Source of the DNA: Calcarisporiella thermophila CBS 279.70
Taxonomy: Eukaryota > Fungi > Calcarisporiellomycota
Reading direction: 5' to 3'
Length of the DNA: 64,000 nt
Assembly (NCBI RefSeq): GCF_041956535.1
Contig: NW_027192206.1
Span: 291,149 to 355,148 of the forward strand
Shown: in pieces, positions 61,325 through 64,000 of the stretch
How positions within the stretch are numbered: the stretch's first letter is position 1
Layout: every line of letters begins with the position of its first letter
The notes under the pieces: generated by a model
Databases searched by the model: none
Told to the model about the DNA's origin: nothing
The model's input: the letters and a program-made list of their open reading frames with translations, nothing else
Translations under genes and position numbers: made by a program

Positions 61325-62204
61325 ATGCATGGTATATTTGTCGGAAGAAGCCTGGGTGCTCTCTCTATCGTGAATTATTCCCGCCATGCCTGCATTTATA
61401 AGTTAGCAAAGGTGCCTACATTAATTCTCGTGAACAGAGACTATTCGTCAACGGGGGATGACCAATTTCCATGGGATTTCGAAACAGCCGAGAACTGGCG
61501 TCGTAATTTTACTCGAGATAAAATCCCAAGAGGTAAACGCGTGTGCAGCCAATATTGAAATGATATGATTGTAAATCCACTTAATAACGAAATCAAATGA
61601 TTAGACACATTAAAAATCACTTTCAGCAGGAGTCGAGGACCCGGTGGACAGAATGTCAATAAAGGTTATTAGATGGATTGTTTATAAGCTCCAAATTTCA
61701 TTTCTAAATGTTAGCATTTTGGTTCAATTAGTCTCCACAAAGGTGGATGTACGCTTTTTGCTGGACGAAGCGCAGTGGATACCCAAGTATGCAAGAGAAA
61801 AATTAAAAGAAATAGTGAGTATCTCTGTTCTATTCCATTATGGATAAATTCCTAATTAACTTGCTATAATGTAGAGTCATAATCGCATTAACAAGAAAGG
61901 AGAATTTGTGATGACTTCAGATAGGACCCGATCACAGGCTCAAAATCTCGAAGACTGCATTAATAAGCTACACGACGAAGTTCTGCAGGCCGTTGAAGTG
62001 CCAAGAGAGCCCGATGAGGAAACACTCAAGCGTATTCAGAGATTGTAAGTATATCTGACTGAAAAAATCTCAATTTATATAGAAACGATATGTTTACATT
62101 ACATACTTGGTAGAAAGCTTGCAGAAAAACAAAGATTAAAAGAGAGCAAAAAACATCATTCAAGCAAGAAGGCATCAAGACGAACTAGAGGAACTGATGA
62201 TTGA
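61325..62204 (+). CDS. ICT1: Mitochondrial ICT1/ArfB-like peptidyl-tRNA hydrolase (multi-exon)
   Basis: FSRSRGPGGQNVNKVSTKVDVRF, SDRTRSQAQNLEDCINKL, basic tail RLKESKKHHSSKKASRR. Confidence 0.92.
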
Positions 62205-62353
62205 AACCCAAGTCATATTGTATAAACCATTTGGAATAGAATATTTGTCTGAATAAAGCATAGATATACTTTCGATTGTGTGGCTTAGACTTTTTCATTA
62301 CATTTTAACTGCTTTGAAAATCCTATTGCTTTTCATATACAGCTCTAAATAAA

Positions 62354-64000
62354 ATGGCCTCAGCACTTGGCGGCAAACTTAGCAGAGAAGATTATCGGCG
62401 GCAAAAGGATCTTGAAGCGGCTCGAAAGGCTGGAACTGCACCAGCTGAAGTCGATGAGGAGGGTCGGGAGATTAACCCACACATTCCTCAATATATTTCC
62501 AAGGCTCCATGTTTGTATTCACAAGCTATTTAAATTACAAAAGAGAAACAATGTATCTAAATGATTAAATTTTATAATTTTAGGGTATCTCGACACTGGG
62601 GCCCCTTCACTTAAACATCAGCGCAATCAGAAGGAGGCGGAGCAAAGAGATATCATTGATTTAGATGCACATCGTAGACGTGGCAAGGCAGTAAGTAGTT
62701 GTTTAACAAGATCAATTTATTGAGTGGGTTATTCATCGATGATACTTTCATATAGGGCCCAGCAGCAACTAAATATCGCAAAGGTGCCTGCGAAAATTGT
62801 GGTGCAATGACTCATAAGACTCGAGATTGTGTGGAAAGACCCCGAAAGCTTGGCGCCAAATGGACACAGAAAGATATTAAACCAGATGAGTTGGTGGCAG
62901 ATGTGGATGTGAACGATTATGATGCAAAACGAGATCGTTGGAGCGGATATGACGCAGCTGCTCATATGAAAATTATGGAAGGTAATTGAATGCGATCTAT
63001 GTTTTGATCTTAGAATTAAAAGAATCATATATTGTATATTTACTCAACTTCCTCTTCTATAATACAGAATATGAAAAAATCGAGGAAGCTCGGCGAAAAC
63101 TGAAAGCAAATCAACTAGATAAAGAGGGCCCGTCAAGCACCGCGGAGGCGAAGAAGATCTCTAAACATGGAGAATTTATGTCAGATGATGAGGATGGAGA
63201 TGACGAGGAAAGATATGCAGAACAGGCTGACATGGTCGGTCAAAAAGTGGATACCAAGTCTCGCACAACGGTTCGGAATTTGCGTATTCGTGAAGATACG
63301 GCCAAATATTTGCTCAATCTTGATCTGAATTCGGCATACTACGATCCTAAGACTCGGTCCATGCGTGATAACCCTAATAAGGATGTACCTCCTGAAGAGG
63401 TATGTATCATTAAAAAATTCTTTAGGCAAATGGCAGAGATGTTCTAATTTTTCTGAATATTCTTAGGCCGTGTTTGCAGGAGATAATTTTGTTCGATACA
63501 CTGGCGAATCATCAAAGATGGCTCAGGTGCAAATGTTTGCGTGGGAGTCGTCGGAACGTGGTGGTGATGCTCATCTTCAAGCAAATCCCACCCAAGCGCA
63601 ACTTTTACATAGTGAATATGTAAAGAAGAAGGAGCAGCTCAGGGCGTCGGTACATGACTCGATTTTAGCTAAATACGGCGGGGAAGAACACTTGAAAGCT
63701 CCACCAAAAGAACTCCTACTTGCTCAGACTGAAAACTATGTCGAGTATTCCCGGACGGGTCGTGTTATAAAAGGTCAGGAGCGTGCCAAGGCTAAATCCA
63801 AATATCAAGAAGATGGTAAACACCTTTTTGCCAAATTAATAATTCAGGATTTCAATTGACATGTGTTTCCTGCGCTTCTAGTGCTTATCAATAATCACAC
63901 TGCTGTATGGGGATCTTTCTGGGCGGACGGGCGATGGGGCTACAAGTGTTGTCGATCCTTTATAAAAAATTCATATTGCACCGGGCTTGAAGGAATTGAG
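62354..64000 (+). CDS. SLU7: Second-step splicing factor Slu7 (3'-truncated by window edge)
   Basis: [35 protein letters not shown], Zn knuckle [36 protein letters not shown]. Confidence 0.97.

Noticed and set aside
62382-62395. U6-like CAGAGAAGATTA
   Set aside because: Lies in SLU7 coding sequence with no further U6 similarity.

Overview
Eukaryotic, gene-dense fungal DNA with many short (about 50-110 nt) GT-AG introns. The gene set (CSL, CHERP-like, SAP30BP, NOSIP, TTC39/IML2, K40-bearing alpha-tubulin, Cps1-type GT2) suggests an early-diverging fungus, probably Mucoromycota-like; this is inference. The left edge holds the 5' end of a Tc1/mariner transposon that the ORF track missed, then degenerate sequence and two adjacent long palindromes. 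About 29 protein-coding genes follow, many in head-to-head pairs: Cps1-like GT2, a small His-rich orphan, a divergent MsrA, a homeodomain TF, eEF2, MetRS, AIM25, a stand-alone GT1/UGT, a small SP/TP protein, ERV29, STE11, RFC1, a secreted 2H phosphoesterase, ATP11, PEX2, a HUL4-like HECT ligase, a short CHERP-like protein, TANGO2, bL28m, RGP1, mS23, SPF27, IML2/TTC39, NOSIP, SAP30BP, an AP180/ANTH protein, alpha-tubulin, CSL, ICT1 and SLU7 (truncated). No rRNA, tRNA or CRISPR was recognised. The best leads are canonical CSL sites upstream of the CSL gene, a secreted 2H phosphoesterase, five splicing factors within 26 kb (including an N-terminally stripped CHERP), oriented promoter words (TGTGGC, AGCGTGTCAAC), twin cruciform-capable palindromes, and an MsrA lacking its PxY loop. 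None is a proven new system. Spliced gene boundaries were assembled by eye and are unverified.
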